The translations under genes and the position numbers were made by a program. Shown one piece after another: positions 35,169-46,113 of a DNA stretch of 64,000 bases. Each line of letters opens with the position of its first letter. Position 1 is the first letter of the stretch. The DNA lies in assembly GCA_963802945.1 (NCBI GenBank), contig CAWDKY010000024.1, forward strand, positions 29,489 to 93,488, given 5' to 3'. The stretch is from an uncultured delta proteobacterium. GTDB lineage: Bacteria > Desulfobacterota > RBG-13-43-22. Under the pieces are notes generated by a model. The model had not been told where the DNA came from. It made no database searches and saw only the letters and a program-made list of their open reading frames with translations.

Positions 35169-36208
35169 TGATCAAAATCATTAAATGGAAAAACAACCAG
35201 GTGATCATGATCGATCAACGGAAACTGCCCGGGCAGGTCAAGGTTGTGACCTGTTCCGACTATCGTCAGGTCATCAGGGCCATTAAAACCATGGTCATTC
35301 GAGGTGCCCCGGCTATCGGCATTGCCGCAGCCATGGGCGCAGCCCTGGGTGCAAAAAAAATAAAAACGCCGAACCTGGATGATTTCAAGTTAAGATTCAA
35401 TAAAATCTGTCAGGAGATCAATCGGTCCAGACCCACGGCCGTCAATCTTTTCTGGGCCGTTCAACGGATGCGAAATCTTGTTGAGAAGAACCCCATTCAA
35501 AAAATCGAAGCCCTTAAGAAGACCTTGATTCAAGAAGCCTGCCGCATGCTTTCGGAAGACATAGCCAACAATAAACGGCTTGGATTCATAGGGCAAAAAG
35601 TGATCTCAAAGCGGGCTACAGTCCTGACCCACTGCAATACCGGGGCCTTGGCTACGGGTGGGTACGGAACGGCCTTGGGGGTCATTCGGGCGGCCAAGGA
35701 GGCCGGGAAACAGATTCAGGTCATCGCCAATGAAACACGCCCCTGCCTGCAGGGTGCCCGGTTAACTGCTTGGGAAATGGTCAAGGAGCATATACCGGTA
35801 ACCTTAATTACCGATAATATGGGTGGGGATCTGATGAAGAAGGGATTCATTGATGTGGTCATTGTCGGGGCCGACCGGATTGCCGCCAATGGAGATATAG
35901 CTAATAAGATAGGTACTTATTCGCTGGCTGTTTTGGCCAGGGAGCACGGCATCCCTTTTTATGTGGCCGCCTCCTGTTCCACTATTGATCTTCAGACTAA
36001 AACCGGTGAGGATATACCTATTGAAGAACGGGATGAAAAAGAAGTGACAATTGTGGGAGGCGAGAGGATAGCTCCGCTTGGAATTAAAGTCCTCAACCCG
36101 GCTTTTGATGTGACCCCTCATGCTTACCTGACCGGCATTATCACGGAAAAAGGGATATTGAAAGCCCCTTATCGCCGTAGTATCGAAAAGGTCTTAAAAA
36201 ATAGATAA
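35168..36208 (+). CDS. mtnA: S-methyl-5-thioribose-1-phosphate isomerase
   Basis: IRGAPAIG, RPTAVNL, LTHCNTGALAT, ETRP.LQGARLT, NKIGTY, NPAFDVTP. Confidence 0.95.
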   Translation: MIKIIKWKNNQVIMIDQRKLPGQVKVVTCSDYRQVIRAIKTMVIRGAPAIGIAAAMGAALGAKKIKTPNLDDFKLRFNKICQEINRSRPTAVNLFWAVQRMRNLVEKNPIQKIEALKKTLIQEACRMLSEDIANNKRLGFIGQKVISKRATVLTHCNTGALATGGYGTALGVIRAAKEAGKQIQVIANETRPCLQGARLTAWEMVKEHIPVTLITDNMGGDLMKKGFIDVVIVGADRIAANGDIANKIGTYSLAVLAREHGIPFYVAASCSTIDLQTKTGEDIPIEERDEKEVTIVGGERIAPLGIKVLNPAFDVTPHAYLTGIITEKGILKAPYRRSIEKVLKNR

Positions 36209-36273
36209 ACCAAACTATTTGAAATTTTGGAAAATAGACTCCAAAATTTCGGAACAAAGAGGGTGGTCTTATA

Positions 36274-37278
36274 GTGTTACCCGATTCCGAGATTCATAAA
36301 ATGGTTAAGGCGATTCGTACCTTCCCTAATTACAAGGTGTTGGTTATCGGCGATATCATGATGGATGAATTCCTCTGGGGAGAGGTTTCGCGTATTTCTC
36401 CGGAGGCCCCGGTTCCCATAGTCAAGGTGGAAAAAGAAACTTTTTTATTGGGAGGAGCGGCCAATGTAGTGAACAATCTGTTGGGGCTAAAAGGCCGGGT
36501 TTTATTGGCTGGTGTCATCGGCTCCGATGCTATGGGTCGCAGACTGCTCCGAAAGCTTCGCTCATTGGGAACCACCACTGAAGGGATTGTATCCGAACCA
36601 GGAAGACCGACGGCCATCAAAACTCGGGTTATTGCCCACCAGCAGCAAGTGGTGCGGGTCGACCGGGAAAAGGCTGCCCCCATCAAACCGGAAACCCTAA
36701 AGACCATCTTGAATATCATCAAAACAAATATCTCCCAGATTCAGGGGATCATCGTCTCCGATTACGGGAAAGGGGTGGTTTCCCAGGAACTGATCGTCGG
36801 CCTGAAAAAGATCGTCGGGGGAAGATCCATCCCCATTTTAGTGGATCCGAAACCCGACAATATTCGCTGGTATGACCGGGTCACCATGATCACACCCAAT
36901 CGCCAGGAAGCCGAGTCCGCCGTAGGGAAAAAGATTGAATCCCAGGAAGATCTTATTTGGGCGGGAAGGCACCTCTTGAAAAAAACACAATGTGAATCGG
37001 TCTTGATTACCCGAGGTTCAGAGGGGATGACCCTTTTTTTAAAAAACAATAAAGTGGAACATATTGCCACCGTGGCCCAGAAGGTATTTGATGTCTCCGG
37101 GGCCGGGGATACGGTGATCGCTGCTTTGATGCTTTCTCTGGTTTCAGGAATGAATATGGTCCAGGCCTGTAAAACGGCCAATTATGCCGCTGGCATTGTC
37201 GTGGGAGAAGTGGGGACAGCAGCCGTTCAAGCCGGGGAGCTGATCAAAGTATTGATGGCTGCAGTGAAAAGAAGCTGA
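36274..37278 (+). CDS. rfaE1: D-glycero-beta-D-manno-heptose-7-phosphate kinase (RfaE domain I)
   Basis: RISPEAPVP, GGAANV, SDYGKG, DVSGAGDT. Confidence 0.92.
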   Translation: MLPDSEIHKMVKAIRTFPNYKVLVIGDIMMDEFLWGEVSRISPEAPVPIVKVEKETFLLGGAANVVNNLLGLKGRVLLAGVIGSDAMGRRLLRKLRSLGTTTEGIVSEPGRPTAIKTRVIAHQQQVVRVDREKAAPIKPETLKTILNIIKTNISQIQGIIVSDYGKGVVSQELIVGLKKIVGGRSIPILVDPKPDNIRWYDRVTMITPNRQEAESAVGKKIESQEDLIWAGRHLLKKTQCESVLITRGSEGMTLFLKNNKVEHIATVAQKVFDVSGAGDTVIAALMLSLVSGMNMVQACKTANYAAGIVVGEVGTAAVQAGELIKVLMAAVKRS

Positions 37279-37397
37279 AAGTTCAAAACTCAAAGTAACT
37301 TCATTTTTTCTTTCACTTTTGGCTTTCATCTGAAGATAAAGCATTTTCAGCAAGGTTATCAACTTAAACCTTTAGTCTAGGAAGGATTGACTTCCTC

Positions 37398-38363
37398 ATG
37401 GCCAATTATTTAGTTACCGGCGGGGCCGGGTTTATCGGGTCCCATATCGCTGAGGACCTTTTAAAAGAAGGGCACAGGGTGCGGATCCTGGACAACTTCT
37501 CAACCGGACGAAGGGAAAACCTTCAAGCCATTCAATCGATTGCCCCATTGAATCTGGAAATCATCGAGGGAGATGTTCGTGAAAAAAAAGTCTGTGATCA
37601 GGTGGTCTCAGGTATGGATTTTATTTTTCATGAGGCGGCCCAGGTTTCCGTCCCGGAGTCGGTCAATGATCCGGAAACCACGCAGGAGGTTAATATCGGA
37701 GGGACATTAAACCTTTTATCGGCCGGTAAAAGGGCCGGCATTAAACGACTTGTTCTAGCTAGCTCTACGGCCATCTATGGAGACAGCCCTAATGAAAAGG
37801 ATTCCCTGAAACCCAAAAAAGAGCATCTGACACCCAATCCCCTTTCTCCCTATGCCTTGAGTAAACTGGTTGGAGAGTATTATTGCCGTCTTTTTTCAAA
37901 GGTGTATGGCTTGCCAACGGTGGCTTTGCGATATTTCAATGTCTACGGACCGAGACAGGACCCCCATTCGGAATATGCAGCGGTAATCCCCAAGTTTATC
38001 GAACGACTGCTTCAAAACCTTTCTCCGGTAATCTATGGAGACGGAAAGCAATCCAGAGATTTTGTTTATGTGGATGATGTAATTCAAGCCAATTTTCAGG
38101 CTTGCCATCAGGACGGGATTGAAGGGGAGGTTTTTAATGTGGCCTCAGGTCGTTCGTACACCTTGTTGCAATTATTGGAGTATTTAAAAAAAATCATCCC
38201 ATCTGTCCAAGAACCGGTTTTTGCGCCGGCCAGAGCGGGTGACATCCGACACTCCAAAGCGGACATTCAAAAGGCCAGAAAATTCCTAGGCTTTCAACCA
38301 AAGATCGGGCTTCGGAAAGGGTTAAAACCAACGGTTGAATTTATGAAAAGGGATAAGGCGTAA
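37398..38363 (+). CDS. NAD-dependent nucleotide-sugar epimerase/dehydratase (SDR)
   Basis: GGAGFIG, YALSK, RYFNVYGPRQDP. Confidence 0.92.
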   Translation: MANYLVTGGAGFIGSHIAEDLLKEGHRVRILDNFSTGRRENLQAIQSIAPLNLEIIEGDVREKKVCDQVVSGMDFIFHEAAQVSVPESVNDPETTQEVNIGGTLNLLSAGKRAGIKRLVLASSTAIYGDSPNEKDSLKPKKEHLTPNPLSPYALSKLVGEYYCRLFSKVYGLPTVALRYFNVYGPRQDPHSEYAAVIPKFIERLLQNLSPVIYGDGKQSRDFVYVDDVIQANFQACHQDGIEGEVFNVASGRSYTLLQLLEYLKKIIPSVQEPVFAPARAGDIRHSKADIQKARKFLGFQPKIGLRKGLKPTVEFMKRDKA

Positions 38364-38382
38364 GGCAAGAGGCGGGAAGCAG

Positions 38383-38460
38383 TTGGAGTAATGGAGTAAT
38401 GATCAGGGAAAAACCAATACTCCGATATTCCATTACTCCAATAATCCAATACTCCAAATA
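38383..38460. repeat. 8-bp-period GGAGTAAT/ATTACTCC inverted-arm element
   Basis: tggagtaatggagtaatg ... caatactccgatattccattactccaataatccaatactcc. Confidence 0.8.
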
Positions 38461-38566
38461 AGGATCCTGGGTGAAAAGATCGTCCGGGCATTTTGCTTGA
38501 TGACAATACATAAAAATTCTGGTAGTTAGTGAGGAGCCGCAAATCTGCACAGGGAGGAAATTCTAA

Positions 38567-39877
38567 ATGAACATTTGTGTCATTGGTGTCGGTTATGTGG
38601 GGCTGGTTACCGGGGCCTGTTTTGCCGAATTCGGGATCCGAGTCACCTGTGTGGACAACGACCGGGAAAAGATCAACCGGCTCAAACAAGGAAAGATTCC
38701 CATTTACGAGCCCGGCCTTGAAGAAATGATCGCAAAAAATGTCAAAGAGAATCGGCTTTCTTTTACCGACGATCTGGAAGAAGGGGTCAAACATTCTCTG
38801 GTTATTTTTATTGCCGTGGGCACCCCTCCTGATCGGCAGGGGAAAGCGGATTTGCGGTATGTCAAAGAAGTAGCCCAGGCCATCGGGCGAACCATGGATG
38901 GTTATAAATTGATTGTGACCAAGAGCACCGTTCCGGTGGGAACCGGCAAGATCATTCATGATATAATAAGCAAGAGTCAAAAAGAGAGTCTGCCTTTTGA
39001 TATCGTCTCTAATCCCGAATTCTTAAGGGAAGGGTCGGCTATTGAAGATTTCCTGAGGCCTAATCGGGTAGTGATCGGTACGGAAAGTGATCAGGCCGTG
39101 GCTATCATGAAAGACCTTTACTCCCCACTCTACCTGATCGAAACCCCTTTTGTCATCACCACGGTGGAAACGGCCGAGATGATCAAATATGCTTCCAACG
39201 CCTTCCTGGCTACTAAGATATCGTTCATCAATGAGATGGCCAACCTTTGCGAAAAGGTGGGGGCTGATGTGCACTTGGTAGCCAGGGGGATGGGTTTGGA
39301 TCAGCGGATCGGTTCAAAATTTTTACATCCCGGACCCGGGTTCGGGGGATCCTGTTTCCCCAAAGACACCTCCGCGTTGGTTCAACTGGCCGATTCCCTG
39401 GGCTATGATTTTGAGATTGTCAAATCGGTCATTCGGGTCAATCAACGACAAAAGAAAAAAATGGTGGAAAAAATTCTAAAGGCCGTCGGTCCAGTCAAAG
39501 GAAAAACCCTGGGATTTTTAGGGATCACCTTTAAACCCAATACCAACGATATTCGGGAAGCCCCGGCCCTTTACATCATCAAGAAGCTGGAATCTCTGGG
39601 GGCCAAGATCAAGGCCTATGATCCGGCTGGAATGGAAGAAGGGCGGAAGATCCTGAAGAAGGTTTCATTTCAAGAGAATCTGTACGATGTAGGGAATGGG
39701 GCCGATGCCTTGATCCTGGCTACGGAATGGAATCCTTTTCGAACCATTGACTGGGTAAAAATGAAATCCCTCTTGAAACGTCCGCTGGTGGTTGATTTGA
39801 AAAATATGTACGAGCCGACTAAGTTGCATCAATTAGGGATAAACTATACCTGTGTAGGCAGACCCGCTGTTGAGTAA
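38567..39877 (+). CDS. ugd: UDP-glucose 6-dehydrogenase
   Basis: GVGYVG, KSTVPVGT, SNPEFLREG, GFGGSCFPKD. Confidence 0.93.
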   Translation: MNICVIGVGYVGLVTGACFAEFGIRVTCVDNDREKINRLKQGKIPIYEPGLEEMIAKNVKENRLSFTDDLEEGVKHSLVIFIAVGTPPDRQGKADLRYVKEVAQAIGRTMDGYKLIVTKSTVPVGTGKIIHDIISKSQKESLPFDIVSNPEFLREGSAIEDFLRPNRVVIGTESDQAVAIMKDLYSPLYLIETPFVITTVETAEMIKYASNAFLATKISFINEMANLCEKVGADVHLVARGMGLDQRIGSKFLHPGPGFGGSCFPKDTSALVQLADSLGYDFEIVKSVIRVNQRQKKKMVEKILKAVGPVKGKTLGFLGITFKPNTNDIREAPALYIIKKLESLGAKIKAYDPAGMEEGRKILKKVSFQENLYDVGNGADALILATEWNPFRTIDWVKMKSLLKRPLVVDLKNMYEPTKLHQLGINYTCVGRPAVE

Positions 39878-40418
39878 ACCCAAAGAACCCTTACCGGCCA
39901 AACTGGGGATCGGACTCATTTATAAAGAGAATGCAGCCGCCCATTCCGGCTGGAAGGCCATGGAAAAAAAATGGGGAGTCATAGATTTTTTTTCCGAGGT
40001 AAGGCCATTTGACTATACCCATTATTATGAACAGGAAATGGGCCGGCCTCTATACCGACGATGGGCCTTCTTCAAGGATTTGGTCCCTCAGGATCAATTA
40101 TCTGATATTAAATGGCAGGCCCTGGAGATAGAAAAGAAATGGATCATCGATGACAAGCGGCAGTTGAATCTCGATCCGGGATTGATAACGGCCGAGAGAT
40201 TGGTCCTGGCCACAGGGAAAAATTACAGCCACCGGATTTACCTGGGGAAAGGGATCTTTGGGGATTTGACCCTGATATTCTATAACGGGAGTTATCAGCC
40301 GCTGGTTTGGACCTATCCGGATTATCGGGATGAACAGACGTTATGGATGTTCAATAAAATAAGAGAGAACTATCTAAAAGAAATTGTGGATTTCGGATTG
40401 CGGAATCATTATGATTAA
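39870..40418 (+). CDS. DUF4416 family protein
   Basis: YYEQEMG, R..NLDPG, LATGK...HRIYL..GI, WTYPDY. Confidence 0.85.
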   Translation: MSKPKEPLPAKLGIGLIYKENAAAHSGWKAMEKKWGVIDFFSEVRPFDYTHYYEQEMGRPLYRRWAFFKDLVPQDQLSDIKWQALEIEKKWIIDDKRQLNLDPGLITAERLVLATGKNYSHRIYLGKGIFGDLTLIFYNGSYQPLVWTYPDYRDEQTLWMFNKIRENYLKEIVDFGLRNHYD

Positions 40419-41289
40419 AAGCATGACCGGTTTTGCCCAAATTGTCTATTCGGATAAAAGTCTTCAACTGACTATAGCCCTTCGCACTTATAATAGCCGC
40501 TTTTTGGATGTCAATTTGAGGCTGAATAGTGCCTTTTCCCCCCTGGAAGATCGTATCAAATCCTATCTGGCTTCACGAGTTTTACGGGGACGGGTGGAAA
40601 TAGCCATACAATTGACCTCCCAGGAGAAACTTCGAAATGGAAACCTAACCATCAATTGGCCCATGGCCAGGACTTATTGCGGTTTATTGACCGAATTGAA
40701 AAAGAGTCTGAACATCCCTGGTCCCATAGGGTTGGGCGATCTTTTGTCCTTAAAAGACCTTGTTGTTTATCAGGAGAACACTTATCCCGAAGAAGTCCTC
40801 TGGCGAAAATTGGCCCCTTCTTTAAAAAAAGCCTTTGATGCCCTGCAAAAAATGCGGTCAGAGGAAGGGCGAAACTTGGGTCGGGATTTGCTGGAACGAC
40901 TGAAGATGATCCGAAAAGGGGTGGGTTTGATCTCTGAAAAAATCCCCCAAGTTGTAGAAGCCTATCAGGTTCGGTTGCAAGAACGCATTAAAAAAATTGC
41001 ACAAGGGGTGGTGGATCCCATCCGTCTGGCCCAGGAGGTGGCGATTATGGCCGACCGATCGGATATTTCGGAAGAGCTGATCCGTCTGGGAAGTCACCTG
41101 AAACAATTTGAGGCCCTGTTTAAGGAGTCTCAACCCGTGGGGAAAAAGATGGAGTTCCTTCTTCAGGAAATGAATCGGGAGATCAACACCGTCGGATCAA
41201 AAAGTCTGGATAGTGAAATCTCTCATCAAGTCGTGTCGATCAAATCCGAAATAGAAAAATTGCGAGAGCAAATTCAGAATATAGAATAA
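40411..41289 (+). CDS. yicC: YicC/YloC family endoribonuclease
   Basis: SMTGF, DISEE..RL.SH, FLLQEMNRE.NT.GSK, EK.REQIQNIE. Confidence 0.93.
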   Translation: MIKSMTGFAQIVYSDKSLQLTIALRTYNSRFLDVNLRLNSAFSPLEDRIKSYLASRVLRGRVEIAIQLTSQEKLRNGNLTINWPMARTYCGLLTELKKSLNIPGPIGLGDLLSLKDLVVYQENTYPEEVLWRKLAPSLKKAFDALQKMRSEEGRNLGRDLLERLKMIRKGVGLISEKIPQVVEAYQVRLQERIKKIAQGVVDPIRLAQEVAIMADRSDISEELIRLGSHLKQFEALFKESQPVGKKMEFLLQEMNREINTVGSKSLDSEISHQVVSIKSEIEKLREQIQNIE

Positions 41290-41298
41290 GGAAAATTC

Positions 41299-41577
41299 AT
41301 GGACCCCAAGCTTTTGAACATCGGTTTTGGAAACTCGGTTGTCTTGGATCGGATTATCGCCATTCTAACACCCACATCTTCTCCCATGAAGCGTTTAAGA
41401 GAGGAGGCGCGGGACGATAAACGATTAATCGACGCCACGCAAGGCCGCAAGACCCGCTCCATCATCTTGACCGATAGCAATCATGTGATCCTCTCGTCCA
41501 TTATGTCCGAGACCGTTGCCCAGCGATACCTTTCCGATGGGAACGGGAAAGAGGATGAGCCCAAAAATTCAAAATAA
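41299..41577 (+). CDS. remA: DUF370/RemA family regulator
   Basis: [24 protein letters not shown]. Confidence 0.88.
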   Translation: MDPKLLNIGFGNSVVLDRIIAILTPTSSPMKRLREEARDDKRLIDATQGRKTRSIILTDSNHVILSSIMSETVAQRYLSDGNGKEDEPKNSK

Positions 41578-42151
41578 AAAGCAGGGGAATCTTTTTATTC
41601 TTTCCGGACCTTCCGGCGTGGGGAAGACTACCCTGAGAGAAGGTCTTCAAAAAAGGATTTCCAGACTTCATTTTTCTGTTTCCTGGACCACGCGTCCCCA
41701 ACGGCCAGGTGAAATCCAGGGGCAGGATTACCGGTTTGTTTCCTTTAAACAATTTGAACAGAAGATTAAAACTGACGGCTTTTTGGAATGGGCCCGGGTC
41801 CACGGCGACTATTATGGGACCCCTTTCTTACCGATTAAGCGATGGCTTCATCGGGGAGAGGATGTGCTTTTGGATATCGATATTCAAGGGGCAAGGAAAG
41901 TGAAAAAACGCATGTCTCAGGCCATCGCCATTTTTATCCTGCCTCCTACTAAAAAAGAACTAGTAAGACGTTTGATCCATCGTCAAACCGAACCCCTGCC
42001 AAATATCCGTATCCGGCTGAGGGACGCCGAAACGGAAGTCCGGGCGGTCAAACACTTCGACTATGCGGTGGTTAATCGGGAGATCCCCTCCTCGGTAGAT
42101 GCCTTGGAAATCATTGTTAAGGCGGCTCGATTCCGGGCACAAAATCAATAA
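41555..42151 (+). CDS. gmk: Guanylate kinase
   Basis: [31 protein letters not shown]. Confidence 0.95.
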   Translation: MSPKIQNKKQGNLFILSGPSGVGKTTLREGLQKRISRLHFSVSWTTRPQRPGEIQGQDYRFVSFKQFEQKIKTDGFLEWARVHGDYYGTPFLPIKRWLHRGEDVLLDIDIQGARKVKKRMSQAIAIFILPPTKKELVRRLIHRQTEPLPNIRIRLRDAETEVRAVKHFDYAVVNREIPSSVDALEIIVKAARFRAQNQ

Positions 42152-42229
42152 AAATAACGCTTATCAGCGTAACCTAGGTTAGTGACGTTTAAAAGTTGAG
42201 GCCATTACTTTTAGGGGAAAGCTGATTCA

Positions 42230-43147
42230 TTAATTGGCGATGGTTACTTTTAATTCTTCTTTTTCAACCATCCCTTTTAAAGTCTGGATATGCTCCTCGT
42301 CGGGAGCCTGAGCCTCAGGCAGCGGATAAATCCGTCCCAATTGTTCGCTTTTGGATTTTCCTCCTTGATGATAAGGCAACAAAGAGATCTTTTCCGCCCC
42401 GATTTGCTTGGCTAAAAGGGCAATATTTTTTATGTGTTCCTTGGAATCATTAAAGCCAGCAATGAGCGGAATGCGCAGCCACACCGGGGTCATCTTAGAA
42501 GCTTTGTGCAAATTTTCCAGAATGATTTTGTTTCCCACCCCGGTTGTTCTCTTGTGTTCATCCGGATTAAGATGTTTGAGGTCAAAGAGGATTAAATCAA
42601 CAAAAGGCAGGACGGCTTTCATGGCTTTCCAGGGTGCATATCCCGAGGTATCCAAAACCGTATGAAGCCCCTCTGTTTTACTGGTTTTAAAGATATTAGC
42701 GACAAATGGACTCTGCGACAAAACTTCCCCTCCGGATAAGGTAACTCCTCCACCTGAATTTTTATAAAAAAGTCGGTCCTGCAGGACTTCATCGAGAACT
42801 TCACTGACCTTCATATATTTCCCGCAGATACTCAGGGCCTGATATGGGCAGGTCTCCACGCACAAAAAACATCGGTCACATTTTCCTCGATCGATATGCC
42901 TCCCTTCCTTTTGACTTATGGTAATGGCCCCTTGGGGACATGCTTCCACACAGGCCCCACAACTTTTACAAAGAATATCTCTGACCATCAGTTCTGGGAA
43001 ATTGGACTGTGATTCAGGATTGGAACACCACAGGCAGTTCAAGGGGCAGCCTTTCATAAAAACCGTCGTCCTGATTCCGGGTCCATCGTGAACACTGAAT
43101 CTCTGGATATTGAAAATGAGTCCTTTCCCTTCGTTCTGTGCATTCAT
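42230..43147 (-). CDS. Glycyl-radical enzyme activating protein (radical SAM with ferredoxin insert)
   Basis: HDGPGIRTTVFMKGCPLNCLWCSNPES; CKSCGACVEAC and CDRCFLCVETC; GGVTLSGGE. Confidence 0.95.
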   Translation of the reverse strand: MNAQNEGKGLIFNIQRFSVHDGPGIRTTVFMKGCPLNCLWCSNPESQSNFPELMVRDILCKSCGACVEACPQGAITISQKEGRHIDRGKCDRCFLCVETCPYQALSICGKYMKVSEVLDEVLQDRLFYKNSGGGVTLSGGEVLSQSPFVANIFKTSKTEGLHTVLDTSGYAPWKAMKAVLPFVDLILFDLKHLNPDEHKRTTGVGNKIILENLHKASKMTPVWLRIPLIAGFNDSKEHIKNIALLAKQIGAEKISLLPYHQGGKSKSEQLGRIYPLPEAQAPDEEHIQTLKGMVEKEELKVTIAN

Positions 43148-43190
43148 ATTAAGTCTTCAATCCTACACGAGTTCCCAGGAGAAATAAAAA

Positions 43191-43346
43191 AGGATTCTAG
43201 GATTCAAGGGGTCGAGGACCGCCGGGTGGAGTGAAAGGCATGGAAGTTATAACCACGCGGTTCCCCGGAGGGGAACCTTTTCGTTAGCTCGACAACGTCA
43301 AGTGTCCGAACCCTTGAACCCTGAAATCCTATAATCCTCGAACCCT
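43191..43346. repeat. 8-bp-period element copy 7, between the GRE and its activase
   Basis: aggattctaggattcaaggggtcgagg ... gtgaaaggcatggaagttataac ... cttgaaccctgaaatcctataatcctcgaaccct. Confidence 0.85.
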
Positions 43347-43355
43347 ATTTTTATC

Positions 43356-45752
43356 TTAAAATAAACTCTGCTCCGTTCTGGCGATGATGTGATCCTGCAA
43401 ACCTCGGGAGAGATCCACAAAGTAGGCGCTGAATCCGGCGACCCTGACGATCAGATCGGCATACTTTTCCGGATAGGTCTGGGCATCAAGCAACGATTTT
43501 TTATCCACCACGTTGAATTGGACATGGGGGACTTTCAAATCTTTCCAGGTCTTGAGATAGCCGATGAAAGCCGGTTTCAGATCATCCTCCAAAAATTTCG
43601 GCAGAAATTTCTGATTAAGCAGGTGATTATAGGTTTCAACGGTCTTGATCTTGGCGCAGGAATTCAGGACCGCCGTGGGACCTTTTTTATCTTTCCCCGG
43701 CGAAGGGGCTAGGGTTGAATCGGCAAAAGGCTCTCCATCCATTCGGCCATCGGGTGTTGCCGGGGTGTCGATCGCCAACCCGTAGGTCGCTGAAACGGCG
43801 CTGCCGTCGCCTCGGTTGGAAAGACCATATCGGTCCTTGATCGTTTCCATGGCCGCCTCGGCCTGTCGATGCACTTCCCGGGCAATGGAATCGGCGTAAT
43901 CGTCGTCATTCCCGAATTTAGGGGCATTCAGACAGGCCTGCCGGATATCCTCCCGTCCTTGCCAATTGTGGTCCATGATTTCTATCAATTCCGGAAGCGT
44001 AACCAGCTTATCCTCAAAAACCACTTTCTGAATGGCGGTGATGGAATCGGCCACATTGGTCCCGCCGATGACCTGGGCAAAATGATGGATCATGGACGGA
44101 TAAACCCATTTCCGGGATTCTTTTCCACTTTCGATACAGCCTTCGATCACACCGGAATAAAACGGCCTCGGGCAATACTTTTCATAGAGTTCCAGATTCA
44201 CTCTCTCCAGATGTTCCAGCTTGTTGGTAAAAAATCTCACCTGTTCCACATAGGCCTTCAGCACATCTTTCCAGGTTTTAAAGGTAGCCGGGTCCGGGGT
44301 CCGGGCGCCCCGCTGTTCTCCGTTCTTGGGATTAACGCCCTGGTGCAAGGCCCACCAGAGACATTTCGGAAAGACAAAATAACCCACGGAACGACGCATC
44401 ATGTTCTTGCCGGGAATTTCAATGTAAACACAGCCGGTGACCGCATAATTTTTTCGATCTTCCGGCGGAACATCCCATCTTTTTAAAAGAGGGATCAGGG
44501 CTTCATCATTGAAGAGTGAAGGATATCCGATGCCCGTCTTGATCACATCCACCGCCTTGGAATAGAGTTCATCCGAGGTCCCATTATGGATTCGCAGCAC
44601 AATACTCGGTTCAATCAGCCTCAATTGTTTGGCGGCCTCCAGGACCAGATAGGTTAAATCATTGGTGACGTCCTTCCCCTTTTTATCCGTTCCCCCGATG
44701 GTAACCGCCTGCAGGGAAGCCACCCCTCCGTAAACGGAACTCACCGTGGGAGAGTAAACCAGTCCCAGCTCGTTGAGCTTGATCCAAAGAAGCTGAAGGA
44801 GATCCAGGGTTTCTTCTTTGGTGATCCGGCCCTCCTTCAAATCCTTTTGGTAAAAGGGGCCGAAAAGAAGATCCATCCGGATTCCGATGCCCAGGGTGGA
44901 ATATTCCAGATAGCGGATCAGGTGAATAAAGAAAAAGAATTGCAGGGCCTCGAGCAAGGTCCGGGGCGGATTTTCAGGCACCCAGGCGCAGGTACGGGCA
45001 ATTTCTTGGAGCTCGGCCTTACGGGCGGAATTCTTTTCCTTCTGGGCCATCTTCTTGGCCAAATCGGAATAACGCTTGGCAAAATGAATCACGGCCTCCA
45101 GAGAAATAATAACCGCTTCCAGCAATTCCTTTTGCTCTACATAATCAATGGGAACCGTTTGGTTGATTTCCTCGATCCTGCCTTTAGCAGCTTGTATCCT
45201 GCCTTTTAGCCCGGTCTTAAACAAAAGCTCATAATCGGGGATCCCCAGCTCGGACAACTGGGTCCAGAGAAAAGTACCTTCATAGGTCCAATACTTATAG
45301 AGTTCTTCGGGTAAAATCTCCTGATGGCGGTCACTCATGGATTTGCCCTTCCAGTACTCGCAAAGCTCATCCAGCTCTTTTCTTCCCTTGGCATCCAGAA
45401 GGGTCTTCCCGGCTTCACTGTTCACCAGCCGTTTTACGGATTTCCAGTTTTGGTCTATGGGATGGTAAATCCCATTAGGATCCGAAGTTTGATAGCCAAC
45501 GATGCGCTCGTGATCTCTGATGAAAATATCCATTTTATGCATGAGGTTGGCCAGGGCTTTGGCCCGGCGCAAAACCATGGCCTGCCCGTCCGTTTCTTTA
45601 AAGGATTCCGTAAACAGGCGGGACCGTTGCAGATCCAACCTGATCTCCTTTCGAAACATCCCCCGCTTTGATTCATCATCCACATAACCCCGCTTGATAT
45701 TGCGGATGGCCCTGCTGACCACCTTTTTCCTTAATCCTTCTGCTTTTTCCAT
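43356..45752 (-). CDS. Glycyl radical enzyme of unknown specificity (non-PFL)
   Basis: Gly loop LIVRVAGFSAYF (Gly773), single-Cys loop TGCVY (Cys441), 798 aa, adjacent activase. Confidence 0.95.
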   Translation of the reverse strand: MEKAEGLRKKVVSRAIRNIKRGYVDDESKRGMFRKEIRLDLQRSRLFTESFKETDGQAMVLRRAKALANLMHKMDIFIRDHERIVGYQTSDPNGIYHPIDQNWKSVKRLVNSEAGKTLLDAKGRKELDELCEYWKGKSMSDRHQEILPEELYKYWTYEGTFLWTQLSELGIPDYELLFKTGLKGRIQAAKGRIEEINQTVPIDYVEQKELLEAVIISLEAVIHFAKRYSDLAKKMAQKEKNSARKAELQEIARTCAWVPENPPRTLLEALQFFFFIHLIRYLEYSTLGIGIRMDLLFGPFYQKDLKEGRITKEETLDLLQLLWIKLNELGLVYSPTVSSVYGGVASLQAVTIGGTDKKGKDVTNDLTYLVLEAAKQLRLIEPSIVLRIHNGTSDELYSKAVDVIKTGIGYPSLFNDEALIPLLKRWDVPPEDRKNYAVTGCVYIEIPGKNMMRRSVGYFVFPKCLWWALHQGVNPKNGEQRGARTPDPATFKTWKDVLKAYVEQVRFFTNKLEHLERVNLELYEKYCPRPFYSGVIEGCIESGKESRKWVYPSMIHHFAQVIGGTNVADSITAIQKVVFEDKLVTLPELIEIMDHNWQGREDIRQACLNAPKFGNDDDYADSIAREVHRQAEAAMETIKDRYGLSNRGDGSAVSATYGLAIDTPATPDGRMDGEPFADSTLAPSPGKDKKGPTAVLNSCAKIKTVETYNHLLNQKFLPKFLEDDLKPAFIGYLKTWKDLKVPHVQFNVVDKKSLLDAQTYPEKYADLIVRVAGFSAYFVDLSRGLQDHIIARTEQSLF

Positions 45753-46113
45753 TTATTTCCCTCCTGGAGTTACTATCCCCATCGATGTTAATTCGTCTTC
45801 ATAATATCCGCTCTATTTTTAAAGGTACTTCAAGCTAACCCGCTCGTCAAAAAATTATTATCTTAAATTACCATAAAAAAATAAATCCAGTAAACAGCTT
45901 TTTGTTCATTATTATGTAAATTTCACCTTGCTATTATTTGACTGGATTTAAGAAAGAAAATCGACGACGTGTGAATGCCGGAAAACGGCCACTTTAAGGG
46001 AACAACTCCTCTTGTTACCATTCAATCGGAATTGGGTAAAGATCGGAGAAGTACTTCCAAAATACTTCTAAGATCAGAAAGGGGTCCTCCTCTTTCCTTT
46101 TTCTTCGCCGGTG

